Shown: in pieces, positions 18,037 through 27,220 of the stretch | Numbering within the stretch: position 1 is the first letter of the stretch | Layout: each line of letters opens with the position of its first letter | Program-made: the position numbers and the translations under genes | Origin: Cytophagales bacterium | GTDB lineage: Bacteria > Bacteroidota > Bacteroidia > Cytophagales > Cyclobacteriaceae | Length of the DNA: 31,071 nucleotides | Assembly: GCA_038218385.1 (NCBI GenBank) | Contig: JBBRKB010000001.1 | Coordinates: 1 to 31,071, forward strand | Direction: 5' to 3' | The notes under the pieces: model-generated | What the model was told of the DNA's origin: nothing | Database searches by the model: none | The model's input: only the letters and a program-made list of their open reading frames with translations

Positions 18037-18205
18037 CATTCGCAGAATTAATTATCCATTTTAATCCCGGGCAGAGAAGTCCATTCAATTGACCAGCCTA
18101 AAGGCGAAAAATGGGTGCATCACTTTTCTTAAAAAAGAAGAAATTTCAACCGTTTAAGGAAAAGGTGGGTGCATGGACTTGCAATTTGACTGATTTTTAA
18201 ATTCC

Positions 18206-18225
18206 TTGTGCATTCGATTGCACAA
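18206..18225. promoter_or_regulatory. LacI-type operator-like palindrome TTGTGCATTCGATTGCACAA
   Basis: 20-bp palindrome with a central CG and 9 of 10 pairs matching. It ends 3 nt before the ATG of the GMC gene. Confidence 0.6.
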
Positions 18226-18228
18226 AAC

Positions 18229-19923
18229 ATGAACCTGACTATAGATGCCGCCAAAAAAATGACCTACGATGCTATCGTTGTGGGCTCCGGCATAAGTGGC
18301 GGATGGGCGGCTAAAGAACTGTGTGAGAAGGGTTTGAAAGTTTTAATGCTGGAACGTGGACGCAATGTTGAGCATCCCAACTACCTAACCACTACCTGGG
18401 ATCCCTGGCAATTTGAACACCGTGGGCAACTTACTATGGAGGATAGGAAGAAATTTCATGTTCAAACCCGACACTATTCCATCAGTGAAGAAAATAAGCA
18501 CTTCTATATTAATGACCTTGAAAATCCCTACGAGGAAACCAAACGTTACGATTGGATAAGGGCAGATGTACTCGGTGGTCGATCCCTTCTTTGGGCACGC
18601 CAATGTTATCGCTTGAGTGATTTGGATTTTGAGGCTAACCTAAAAGATGGTATCGCTATCGATTGGCCCATTCGCTATAAAGAAATTGAACCGTGGTATA
18701 ATTATGTAGAACCCTTTGTTGGCATCTCGGGCCAGGCTGAAAACATACCCCACCTTCCTGACAGCAAATTCCTTCCGCCGATGGAGTACAACTGTGTGGA
18801 AAAGGATTTCAAAAGTAAGCTTGAGAAAAATATTCCGGGAAGAAAAGTCACCATAGGCCGGGTGGCAAACCTCACGCAACCTGTAAAAGGCAGAGGTCAA
18901 TGTCAATATAGAAATTTATGTTATCGCGGTTGTCCTTATGGAGCGTACTTTAGTACAAATGCAAGCACCATTCCCGCAGCCTACGCTACCAACAACCTTA
19001 CGGTGTTATCAAATTCGTTGGTGAATAAGGTAATCTATGATGAGAAAAAGAAAAGGGCAACAGGCGTTGAAGTAATCAACACCGAGACCAACGAAGTGAC
19101 CGAATATTTTTCACGCATTCTTTTCTTAAATGCTTCTACTTTAGGTACCACATTTATTCTTCTCAACTCAACATCCTCACGATTTCAAAATGGATTAGGA
19201 AATGAAAGTGACCAGGTGGGAAGAAATTTGATGGATCATCATAAAGGAAGCAGTGCTTCTGCAGTTGTAGAAGGCTTTGAAGATAGCTATTACTTCGGAA
19301 GAAGACCAAACGGAATTTATATTCCCCGGTTCAGAAACCTTCACGAAAAGCAAACGAATTTTATTCGAGGATTTGGTTTTCAGGGAAGTGCTGGGCGAAG
19401 TGGCTGGAGCGCACATCTTAATACAACTTCTTTAGGTAGTGATTTAAAAGAAAAGGCGACAGAGCCAGGTTCCTGGAGCATGGGGCTTGGAGGCTTTGGC
19501 GAGTGTCTTCCGTATGCCGATAACAGAGCAACGTTGGATGGATCCAAGACCGACAAATGGAGCCGTCCTGTTCTTAATGTGGATTGTGAGTTTAGAGAAA
19601 ATGAAAAAGCCATGAGCGTTGACATTGCAGACTCTGCAGTAGAAATGCTGGAGGCAGTCGGCTATAAAAATGTAATAAGAAACCATTCCATGTCCTTTCC
19701 GGGAAACGCCAATCATGAAATGGGTACCGCACGAATGGGAAAGGATCCCAAGACTTCTGTGCTGAACAAGTTTAACCAAATGCATGAGGTGCCCAATGTA
19801 TTTATTACGGATGGTTCCTTCATGGTCTCATCCTCTTGTGTTAATCCTTCCCTCACGTACATGGCGATGACGGCTCGCGCATGCGATTATGCGGTGAACG
19901 AAATGAAAAAACATAATCTCTAA
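18229..19923 (+). CDS. GMC-family FAD oxidoreductase (glucoside 3-dehydrogenase/LacA-like large subunit)
   Basis: YDAIVVGSGISGG FAD motif, LGGRSLLWAR, Cys cluster CQYRNLCYRGC, NHEMGTARMG and DGSF...VNPSLT. The ATG at 18229 is preferred over the GTG at 18208. Confidence 0.92.
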   Translation: MNLTIDAAKKMTYDAIVVGSGISGGWAAKELCEKGLKVLMLERGRNVEHPNYLTTTWDPWQFEHRGQLTMEDRKKFHVQTRHYSISEENKHFYINDLENPYEETKRYDWIRADVLGGRSLLWARQCYRLSDLDFEANLKDGIAIDWPIRYKEIEPWYNYVEPFVGISGQAENIPHLPDSKFLPPMEYNCVEKDFKSKLEKNIPGRKVTIGRVANLTQPVKGRGQCQYRNLCYRGCPYGAYFSTNASTIPAAYATNNLTVLSNSLVNKVIYDEKKKRATGVEVINTETNEVTEYFSRILFLNASTLGTTFILLNSTSSRFQNGLGNESDQVGRNLMDHHKGSSASAVVEGFEDSYYFGRRPNGIYIPRFRNLHEKQTNFIRGFGFQGSAGRSGWSAHLNTTSLGSDLKEKATEPGSWSMGLGGFGECLPYADNRATLDGSKTDKWSRPVLNVDCEFRENEKAMSVDIADSAVEMLEAVGYKNVIRNHSMSFPGNANHEMGTARMGKDPKTSVLNKFNQMHEVPNVFITDGSFMVSSSCVNPSLTYMAMTARACDYAVNEMKKHNL

Positions 19924-19946
19924 AATTTAAATACCAAACCAACGAT

Positions 19947-21299
19947 ATGAAAAAATACATTTTACTTTTTTTACTTCTGCCTACACTCGCCTTTGCTCAA
20001 AAAAAATCAACCGGGTGGCGCGAACTCTTCAATGGAAAAGATTTGAAAGGTTGGAAGCAACTGAATGGCCAAGCGAAATATGAATTCAAAAATGGAGAAC
20101 TGATTGGTACAACCGTGGCAGGTACACCCAATTCATTTTTGGTTACCGAAGAAACATTTGGTGATTTCATCCTTGAGCTTGAATTTAAAAATGATGGTAA
20201 AACAAATTCAGGCATTCAATTTCGCAGCGAGAGCACGCCAGATTATATGAATGGAAGAGTGCATGGATATCAAATGGAAATTGATCCATCAGAACGTCAA
20301 TGGACAGGTGGGATTTATGATGAAGCAAGAAGGCAATGGCTTTACCCACTTGAGTATAATCCGGAAGGAAAAAAAGCGTTTAACCCTGAAGGTTGGAACA
20401 CCGTTCGCATTGAGTGCATCGGCAACATCATGCGCACATGGATCAATGGCAAACCAGTGGCCCATCTGGTAGACAACATGACTCCCAAAGGTTTTATCGC
20501 TCTGCAAGTACACTCCATCAAAGACAAAACAGACGAAGGCAAGCAGGTGCGTTTTCGAAATGTACGAATCAAAACAACAGACCTTACACCGTCACCGTGG
20601 GATACCATTTTTGTGATGAACCTTGTGCCCAATGAATTGACCGCACAGGAAAGTAAAAATGGGGTGAAACTTTTGTGGGATGGCAAAACAAAAACCGGAT
20701 GGAGAGGAGCTTACAAAACTGAATTCCCGGCAAAGGGTTGGGAAATTGAAAACGGAGAGTTGTCTGTTTTAAAATCAACTGGAGCGGAGTCTGAAAATGG
20801 TGGCGACATCATCACAACAGAAGAGTTCGCTGCCTTTGATCTCCAGTTTGAATTCAAACTAACCGAAGGCGCAAACAGCGGTGTAAAATATTTTGTAACG
20901 GAGAATGAAGGCAACAAAGGTTCTGCCATTGGCCCTGAGTATCAAATTTTGGATGATGAAAAACATCCCGATGCAAAATTGGGAGCGGTTGGCAACCGTA
21001 CGCTAGCCTCGCTTTATGATCTCATTCCATCTATAAAAAATCCCAGAGGACTTCATAAAATTGGTGAGTGGAATAATGGCCGGGTAATTGTTTATCCTGA
21101 CAACCGTGTTGAACATTGGCTGAATGGTAACAAGGTTGTTGAATATCAAAGAGGCACACCTATTTATTATGCACTTGTGGCACGAAGCAAGTATGCCAAG
21201 TGGGAAGGTTTTGGTATGGCTGAAAAAGGCCACATCCTCATTCAAGATCATGGCGACAATGTTTCCTTTAGAAGTATTAAAATCAAAACATTAAAATAA
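19947..21299 (+). CDS. Exported tandem DUF1080 (3-keto-disaccharide hydrolase family) protein
   Basis: Sec signal (LAFA|Q). Two repeats: LFNGKDLKGW...NSGIQFRS...GFIALQVH...FRNVRIK and LWDGKTKTGW...NSGVKYF...GHILIQDHG...FRSIKIK. Confidence 0.9.
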   Translation: MKKYILLFLLLPTLAFAQKKSTGWRELFNGKDLKGWKQLNGQAKYEFKNGELIGTTVAGTPNSFLVTEETFGDFILELEFKNDGKTNSGIQFRSESTPDYMNGRVHGYQMEIDPSERQWTGGIYDEARRQWLYPLEYNPEGKKAFNPEGWNTVRIECIGNIMRTWINGKPVAHLVDNMTPKGFIALQVHSIKDKTDEGKQVRFRNVRIKTTDLTPSPWDTIFVMNLVPNELTAQESKNGVKLLWDGKTKTGWRGAYKTEFPAKGWEIENGELSVLKSTGAESENGGDIITTEEFAAFDLQFEFKLTEGANSGVKYFVTENEGNKGSAIGPEYQILDDEKHPDAKLGAVGNRTLASLYDLIPSIKNPRGLHKIGEWNNGRVIVYPDNRVEHWLNGNKVVEYQRGTPIYYALVARSKYAKWEGFGMAEKGHILIQDHGDNVSFRSIKIKTLK

Positions 21300-21347
21300 A
21301 CGAAATCAATTTATCCAATCAATACGTACATAAACACACATACTAAA

Positions 21348-22694
21348 ATGAAAAAATCAAGAAGGGATTTTATTAAGACATCCAGTGCCGCTACCATGGG
21401 CGCGCTTGCCTTTAGTGCCTCAAGTTATGGGCGCATCATAGGTTCCAACGACAGGGTCAATGTAGGCGTGGTCGGATTTTCAGACCGTTTTAAAAGTTCA
21501 TTGCTTCCGAGTTTTTTGGGTCATCACAAAGAACTTAACTACGACATGATTGCTGTGTCTGACATTTGGAAATATAAAAGAGAAACAGGTCAGTCCGTAC
21601 TGAAAGAGAAACTCGGTCATGACATTAAAGCATGTAGGAACAACGATGAGTTGTATGCCATGAAAGACATTGATGCCGTGATCATCAGCACTGCCGATTT
21701 CCAACATGCATTGCATTGTGCCGAAGCTGTTAACAACGGTAAAGACGCGTATTGTGAAAAGCCCTTTGCAGAAACCATGGAAGATGCGCGCATTGCATTG
21801 AAAGCTGTTCGCGACAATAAAAAAATTGTACAGATTGGATCACAACGGAGAAGCGGAGCGAACTATCATGCTGCAAATGAATTTGTGAAGTCTGGAAAAT
21901 TCGGACCTATCACTATGGTAGAATTAACATGGAATGTCAACCAGCCCGGCCGTTGGAGAAGACCCGACATGGTAGCGAAGATGCGAGAGCAAGACACCGA
22001 TTGGACACGCTTTTTGATGAACCGCCCCAAGGAAGCATTCGATGCGCGCAAACATCTTGAGTTTAGATTATTCTGGCCGTATTCATCAGGTCTTCCCGGC
22101 CAATGGATGTGCCATCAAATTGATACAGTACATTGGTTCAGTGGCTTGAGCCATCCACGTAGCGCCGTTGCCAATGGGGGAATTTACGTTTGGAAAGACG
22201 GACGTAGAAATTGGGATACCTTAACAGCTGTGTTTGACTATGGGCCACAAGATGATTTGACGAAAGGATTTCAGGTAACCTTCGCATCGCGTATGCACAA
22301 TGGTGATGAAAAACCTGCCGAAATTTATTATTCAAATGGTGGTGAAATGAACTTGATCACCGATAAGGTTTCGCCCACAGGTGGCCTTTCAGAGCGCCAT
22401 GCAAAAGCGATGGGAATGCAGGCCAACCTACTCCCCAATGTTGACCTTAGTGCCAATGCAGAGAAAGTTGTAGCATCTGCAGACACAGGAGCTGATAACT
22501 TAACCTCAAGTCATATGCGTAACTGGATGGAGTGTGTAAAGAGCCGCAAGGAACCTAATGCACCGGTTGAAGCAGGTTACTCGCATGCTATTGCAAGCAT
22601 CATGTCTACTGCCGCCGCTCATACCGGCTTGAAAGCAACCTTTGATGAAAAAACGCAGGAAGTAATGGTCGGTGGAAAAGCATTTAAATATTGA
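21348..22694 (+). CDS. Tat-exported Gfo/Idh/MocA-family NAD(P)-dependent oxidoreductase
   Basis: SRRDFIK twin-arginine signal, DAVIISTADFQH, YCEKP, VQIGSQRRS and QWMCHQID motifs. Confidence 0.92.
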   Translation: MKKSRRDFIKTSSAATMGALAFSASSYGRIIGSNDRVNVGVVGFSDRFKSSLLPSFLGHHKELNYDMIAVSDIWKYKRETGQSVLKEKLGHDIKACRNNDELYAMKDIDAVIISTADFQHALHCAEAVNNGKDAYCEKPFAETMEDARIALKAVRDNKKIVQIGSQRRSGANYHAANEFVKSGKFGPITMVELTWNVNQPGRWRRPDMVAKMREQDTDWTRFLMNRPKEAFDARKHLEFRLFWPYSSGLPGQWMCHQIDTVHWFSGLSHPRSAVANGGIYVWKDGRRNWDTLTAVFDYGPQDDLTKGFQVTFASRMHNGDEKPAEIYYSNGGEMNLITDKVSPTGGLSERHAKAMGMQANLLPNVDLSANAEKVVASADTGADNLTSSHMRNWMECVKSRKEPNAPVEAGYSHAIASIMSTAAAHTGLKATFDEKTQEVMVGGKAFKY

Positions 22695-22704
22695 TTACTA
22701 AAGA

Positions 22705-23745
22705 ATGAGAAGATTTATAACTATGTGGGTAGCTGTACTAACGGCTACCTGCTCATTTGCTCAGAAACAAGAAGGGTTTAGTCTTAAAGAAGATGCCGCC
22801 AAAAAACAAGTGGATGTGCTTTACAATGGCAAGCTCCTTACAGCGTATTGCCATTATGATTCCGTGATGAAGCCTGTATTGTTCCCGATCAATACGTTAT
22901 CTGGGATCACGATAACACGTGGATATCCATTGGCACCGCGCGCTGGAGAACGTGTTGACCACCCTCATCATATTGGTCTTTGGTTAAACTATGAATACGT
23001 TAATGGCCTCGACTTTTGGAATAATTCAACCGCCATTCCGTATGACAAGCGTTCACATTATGGAACCATCTATCACGACAGGATAGTTAAAAGCAATGCA
23101 ACGAAGAAGGATGCAACGCTGGAAGTTTCGGCACAATGGAAAAACCATGCTAACATGCCGTTGCTGCTTGAGACTACACAGTATCATTTTACTGTAGCTG
23201 ATGGAAGCTTCATCATTGACAGGACAACAACCCTTCGATCACTAAATGAAGATGTTTTTTTAAAAGATGTTAAAGACGGGTTCCTTGGATTGCGTGTCAC
23301 AAAAGAACTTGAAATGCCATCGAATGAATCAGTAAAATATGTTGATGATAAAGGGAATGTAACCGAAGTGCCTGCCGTGAACAACGCCAATGTTACGGGT
23401 GACTATCTCAACAGTGAAGGAATCAAAGGTGATGCCGTGTGGGCAACACGCGGTGTGTGGGCAACTTTGTTTGGAAAGAAAGATGGCAAAGATGTTTCCG
23501 TAACCATCATTGATCATCCGAGCAATATGGGTTACCCTACCTATTGGCATGCACGCGGCTATGGTTTGTTTGCCGCCAATCCAATTGGACAAGCAGCCTT
23601 TAGCAAAGGAAAGGACACCCTCAATTTAATCATTAAAAAAGGTGAGTCTGTAACGTTTCGTTTTCGCGTAGTTATTCATGAAGGTGCAAACCTTACCCCT
23701 GAACAGATCAATCAATTAGCAAAAGAGTTTGGCAAGACGAAGTAG
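22705..23745 (+). CDS. Exported DUF6807 / 'PmoA family' beta-sandwich protein, function unknown
   Basis: Sec signal (CSFA|Q); KPVLFPI, DHPHHIGLW, DHPSN...YPTYWHARGYGLFAANP motifs. Confidence 0.82.
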   Translation: MRRFITMWVAVLTATCSFAQKQEGFSLKEDAAKKQVDVLYNGKLLTAYCHYDSVMKPVLFPINTLSGITITRGYPLAPRAGERVDHPHHIGLWLNYEYVNGLDFWNNSTAIPYDKRSHYGTIYHDRIVKSNATKKDATLEVSAQWKNHANMPLLLETTQYHFTVADGSFIIDRTTTLRSLNEDVFLKDVKDGFLGLRVTKELEMPSNESVKYVDDKGNVTEVPAVNNANVTGDYLNSEGIKGDAVWATRGVWATLFGKKDGKDVSVTIIDHPSNMGYPTYWHARGYGLFAANPIGQAAFSKGKDTLNLIIKKGESVTFRFRVVIHEGANLTPEQINQLAKEFGKTK

Positions 23746-23751
23746 TCTAGG

Positions 23752-26700
23752 CTAACGCGCTACAACAACCTTTTTAATTATGGATTGAGTAGCAAAGTTT
23801 AATCGCACCAAATACATCCCGTTAGGAAAATTCCCTAACGGGATTTTTATTTTATTACCCAATACATTTCCGTCAACATTGACCTGAGTCATTGTCTGGC
23901 CAAGTCCATTTTGAATGGCTATAGATTTCGGCATTGTATTTCCATAGTCAATTGTCAGATCATTTTCATGCACGGGATTGGGATAGACCATGATTTGATT
24001 AATCAAATCATCTTCCGTTGACGTCACCACATCTTGAACGTGAAGCTTGTCAATTGCCCAGCCCCATGCATGTATGGATGCATCGCTAAACAGTCGAAAC
24101 CGTAACACAATATTATCGCCATCACTGAAGCTTCCATTATCCAATAGATTAATAGTGTGTCTCTTGTACTTTGCTGATGAAACTACAGAACTTTGTGGCA
24201 AAACATTCAACCATGCATTTTCTCTTTTGGCATCATACCCATCTTCCAACGCTAACCATGAAAGCCCCTCATCTTTTGATGCTTCCACAACAACATAATC
24301 TTTAAAGGCAGGTGTACCGAAAATAGCTTCGGCAGGATGATCTTCCACAATGGCAATTTCATCAAACTGAACGTAAGGGTTTTCTTCTCTAATATTAATT
24401 TTTTTCTTTAAGGTGAAAGTGAACTCCGTTTCGTTTTCAAAACCAAACCCAATGGGATAGGGATGAATGGTGTGAATGGCGTTGTTTGAAAATCGATCTG
24501 GTTTTGTTAGTGTAAAAAAGTTTCCAACAAAATCTGTAGCAGAAATAGTAAAATCATTCGCATACGAATCTACAACGGTATTAAAATCAATTACTTCAAC
24601 ATTAAAATAGGGCAAGTTCGCTGGCATCAACGATACATTACCAGCACTGTCAAGTACCTGGAAGCGATACGCCACACTATCTCCCGATTTCAGGTTTGCA
24701 AAATCCAATGCAAACTCCACGATGGCATCAGTGCCTGTTACATCAACTGTTTGGGATGGTTGAAGTTGCCCATTTATTTTATGATCGAAGATTACCTTTT
24801 GAAGTTTTCGTTCATCATGCAACTTTACCGGAATGGAAACCGGCATTGTATTTTCCATAACATAATCAATGTGGTTGTGCAGGATGGTAGGGGCTGCATC
24901 ATCAACTTGTATTTTTACATTATCAATCGCCCATCCCCATCCGTTTCCAAAAGGGTCGGAATGTAGGCGAAAACGAAAAACAACTTCATCGCCCACATTA
25001 AATGTATGTAGAATATTGATGTCTCTTCTCCTGAATAAAAGAGGATCGCCATCTGAGAAAGTTGCGTTTTCATACCGTGCCTGCCACGGTGCATAGTCGC
25101 GTGAGTCATAGCCATCTTGCAAAGGCAGCCATGTAGCGCCACCATCATTGGAACCTTCTACAATTACGTAATCATAAAAATCTTCGCTGCCAAAAGGTGA
25201 GCCGGGTTCACCAGGTTCTACTAAAACAATTTCATCAAAACTTATTTCGGAAATCTTACTAAGCGAAATAGGGACGCGAAGTTGGTATGTAAAGTCCAGC
25301 GAATTATTTGCACCTGCCTCTGGGTAAGGATGAACCGAATGTATGGCGGGGTTACTAAATCCACTGGGTGTGGTGACGGAAAAATTATTCCCAATAAAAT
25401 CAGCCGAAGGCGTGTTAAAATTATTTAGATAATACACTTGTGTGGGGGCCAAACCAATCACCGGTATCCTGTAATAATCAGTAACTGGATCTATGGCTAC
25501 ATTTTTAGCCGCCGCATTATCCTTCGCCATAATTTTATATTTTATTTCATCCCCATCCTGAAGTTGGCCAGCTCCAAACGAAATTATCTTTCTGTATTGA
25601 TACGTTGTGGAACCTGTGAACACATCGTTACTGGAACCAATCAACTCCAACGGTGCCACCTGGCTTGATCCGTTATTAATAGAATATTCAACACTCACTT
25701 CAGCTAAGCCACTACTTTCTATAATCTCTGCATCAATACTAAAATCATTGTCGAGGTATGATAAAAAAGTTTTGGGTGTATGTACAATAAGCGGCGCTAC
25801 ATTATCCGCCCCTACTGAAAATGAATACGTTGTATTTTGCGGTCCCTTGTTAGGTACTAGCTGAGTGGGCTGATAAATTTCTCCCGGACTTTTTACCACC
25901 CGTCCAAAGCTGTCCGTTATTTTAATGGTATACGAATATATTTTTGGAGCATTGGGCGCTGGCAACGTGAAAGCATATTCATCTGGAGTTCCTGTGGCCA
26001 TCATGATCGCTTCCACAGCAGCGCTACCATTAACGGAATAAGTCAACACCACATTGTTGTTTGCAAACGTGTATCCATCCGACCCGTCTGTTTTAATCAC
26101 CGCTTTAAATTCAATTGGAAGGGACACATTTTCCCGGTCTTTTAAATGATCGTGATCAATGTATGTGGTAAAAACCCAACCCATACTGGCGAAAACATTT
26201 TTTACGATTAGGCCAGGGTCGTGATTCACTTCACGTGTATTGATAAAAGGCCGCATCAAAGAATTAGGCGAGCCCTGTGGAAAGGCAGAAGCATCTAAAT
26301 GTGCAATGCTGGAGCCATCATTAAAAACATTGGGCGCATATAGCTTTGCCAATGTATTGCCGAAAGTCGTCCTTATAAATAAATTGCCACTGACAAGTTG
26401 ATTGCCCATCTCAGTAGATGGTGAGTTAAAATTCTGATAAAGATTTTGTGTTGAGCCATTCTCAATCATGAGATCGAAAGGAAAAGGAATACCATTTGTA
26501 AATTCACCATACGCACCCATAGCATTGTTCATTTCAAATGTGCTGGTGAAGCCAAGGCCATGACCCAGCTCATGAAGCACAACCGTGATAAAATCATGCT
26601 GCCCGACTGCGGGTGTTCCTGTAGTTTGAAAATACCAATTCGTAGAGCTGTTGAATTGGGTCACAATTTCATATTCATTGGACCCATTTAGTTCTTGGTC

Positions 26701-27129
26701 GGCCAACTTCTCAGCCAATGCCCCTGGGTAGTACACATTATAATTCGGGGCACCTTTAAAATTGGATGACCAAAATGAGGGGCCGGCGGATCCCAATACA
26801 CCTGTTGGCAAATTTGTCCAAACCGCTGCAACACGAATGGGTCTTGGTGATGAAATTAAACTCTCCCAAATGGATACGGCATGATCGAATGCCGCTTGGG
26901 CTTCGGGTGTAAAACCGATGTATTCTACTATGAATGTCGAAGTCTTAATCCTGCCACTACTTTTTCTATTCCTAAATGCGGCCGGTTCGTGATTGTGTGT
27001 ATGGTTGCCTTCAATATAGTCAGCGTAACAAACTATGGGAAGTTTGGTGCCTGTGAGCTTAACAATGTTTTGCGCGGAACAGAACGTTGTGAGGATTGAA
27101 AAACAAAAGAAAGGTATTTTTGAATTCAT
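23752..27129 (-). CDS. T9SS-secreted multidomain zinc metalloprotease-like protein
   Basis: Signal peptide (FCSA|Q); HELGHGLGF zinc motif; repeated Ig-like and beta-sandwich modules; T9SS type A CTD (MVYPNPV...GMYLVRL...KKVVV). Confidence 0.88.
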   Translation of the reverse strand: MNSKIPFFCFSILTTFCSAQNIVKLTGTKLPIVCYADYIEGNHTHNHEPAAFRNRKSSGRIKTSTFIVEYIGFTPEAQAAFDHAVSIWESLISSPRPIRVAAVWTNLPTGVLGSAGPSFWSSNFKGAPNYNVYYPGALAEKLADQELNGSNEYEIVTQFNSSTNWYFQTTGTPAVGQHDFITVVLHELGHGLGFTSTFEMNNAMGAYGEFTNGIPFPFDLMIENGSTQNLYQNFNSPSTEMGNQLVSGNLFIRTTFGNTLAKLYAPNVFNDGSSIAHLDASAFPQGSPNSLMRPFINTREVNHDPGLIVKNVFASMGWVFTTYIDHDHLKDRENVSLPIEFKAVIKTDGSDGYTFANNNVVLTYSVNGSAAVEAIMMATGTPDEYAFTLPAPNAPKIYSYTIKITDSFGRVVKSPGEIYQPTQLVPNKGPQNTTYSFSVGADNVAPLIVHTPKTFLSYLDNDFSIDAEIIESSGLAEVSVEYSINNGSSQVAPLELIGSSNDVFTGSTTYQYRKIISFGAGQLQDGDEIKYKIMAKDNAAAKNVAIDPVTDYYRIPVIGLAPTQVYYLNNFNTPSADFIGNNFSVTTPSGFSNPAIHSVHPYPEAGANNSLDFTYQLRVPISLSKISEISFDEIVLVEPGEPGSPFGSEDFYDYVIVEGSNDGGATWLPLQDGYDSRDYAPWQARYENATFSDGDPLLFRRRDINILHTFNVGDEVVFRFRLHSDPFGNGWGWAIDNVKIQVDDAAPTILHNHIDYVMENTMPVSIPVKLHDERKLQKVIFDHKINGQLQPSQTVDVTGTDAIVEFALDFANLKSGDSVAYRFQVLDSAGNVSLMPANLPYFNVEVIDFNTVVDSYANDFTISATDFVGNFFTLTKPDRFSNNAIHTIHPYPIGFGFENETEFTFTLKKKINIREENPYVQFDEIAIVEDHPAEAIFGTPAFKDYVVVEASKDEGLSWLALEDGYDAKRENAWLNVLPQSSVVSSAKYKRHTINLLDNGSFSDGDNIVLRFRLFSDASIHAWGWAIDKLHVQDVVTSTEDDLINQIMVYPNPVHENDLTIDYGNTMPKSIAIQNGLGQTMTQVNVDGNVLGNKIKIPLGNFPNGMYLVRLNFATQSIIKKVVVAR

Positions 27130-27220
27130 TTTTGGAGAGTAGATGTTTGTCAGGATTTAATATAGTAGCTCTCAAAGTAAAATTGGTATTTGCTAGGAAG
27201 GAGAAAGGTTAACTATCAGA

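Noticed and set aside
18208-18228. Upstream GTG start for the GMC gene; likewise TTG starts at 54, 14980, 27508, 27689 and 31042
   Set aside because: The GTG lies inside the operator-like palindrome, and a better ATG follows at 18229. The other starts are longest-ORF artefacts or belong to genes running off the window edge.
22705-23745. 'PmoA' label suggesting methane monooxygenase
   Set aside because: The protein is soluble and signal-peptide-bearing, with no multi-TM core and no pmoB or pmoC neighbours. The family name is a known misleading annotation, and the context is sugar metabolism.
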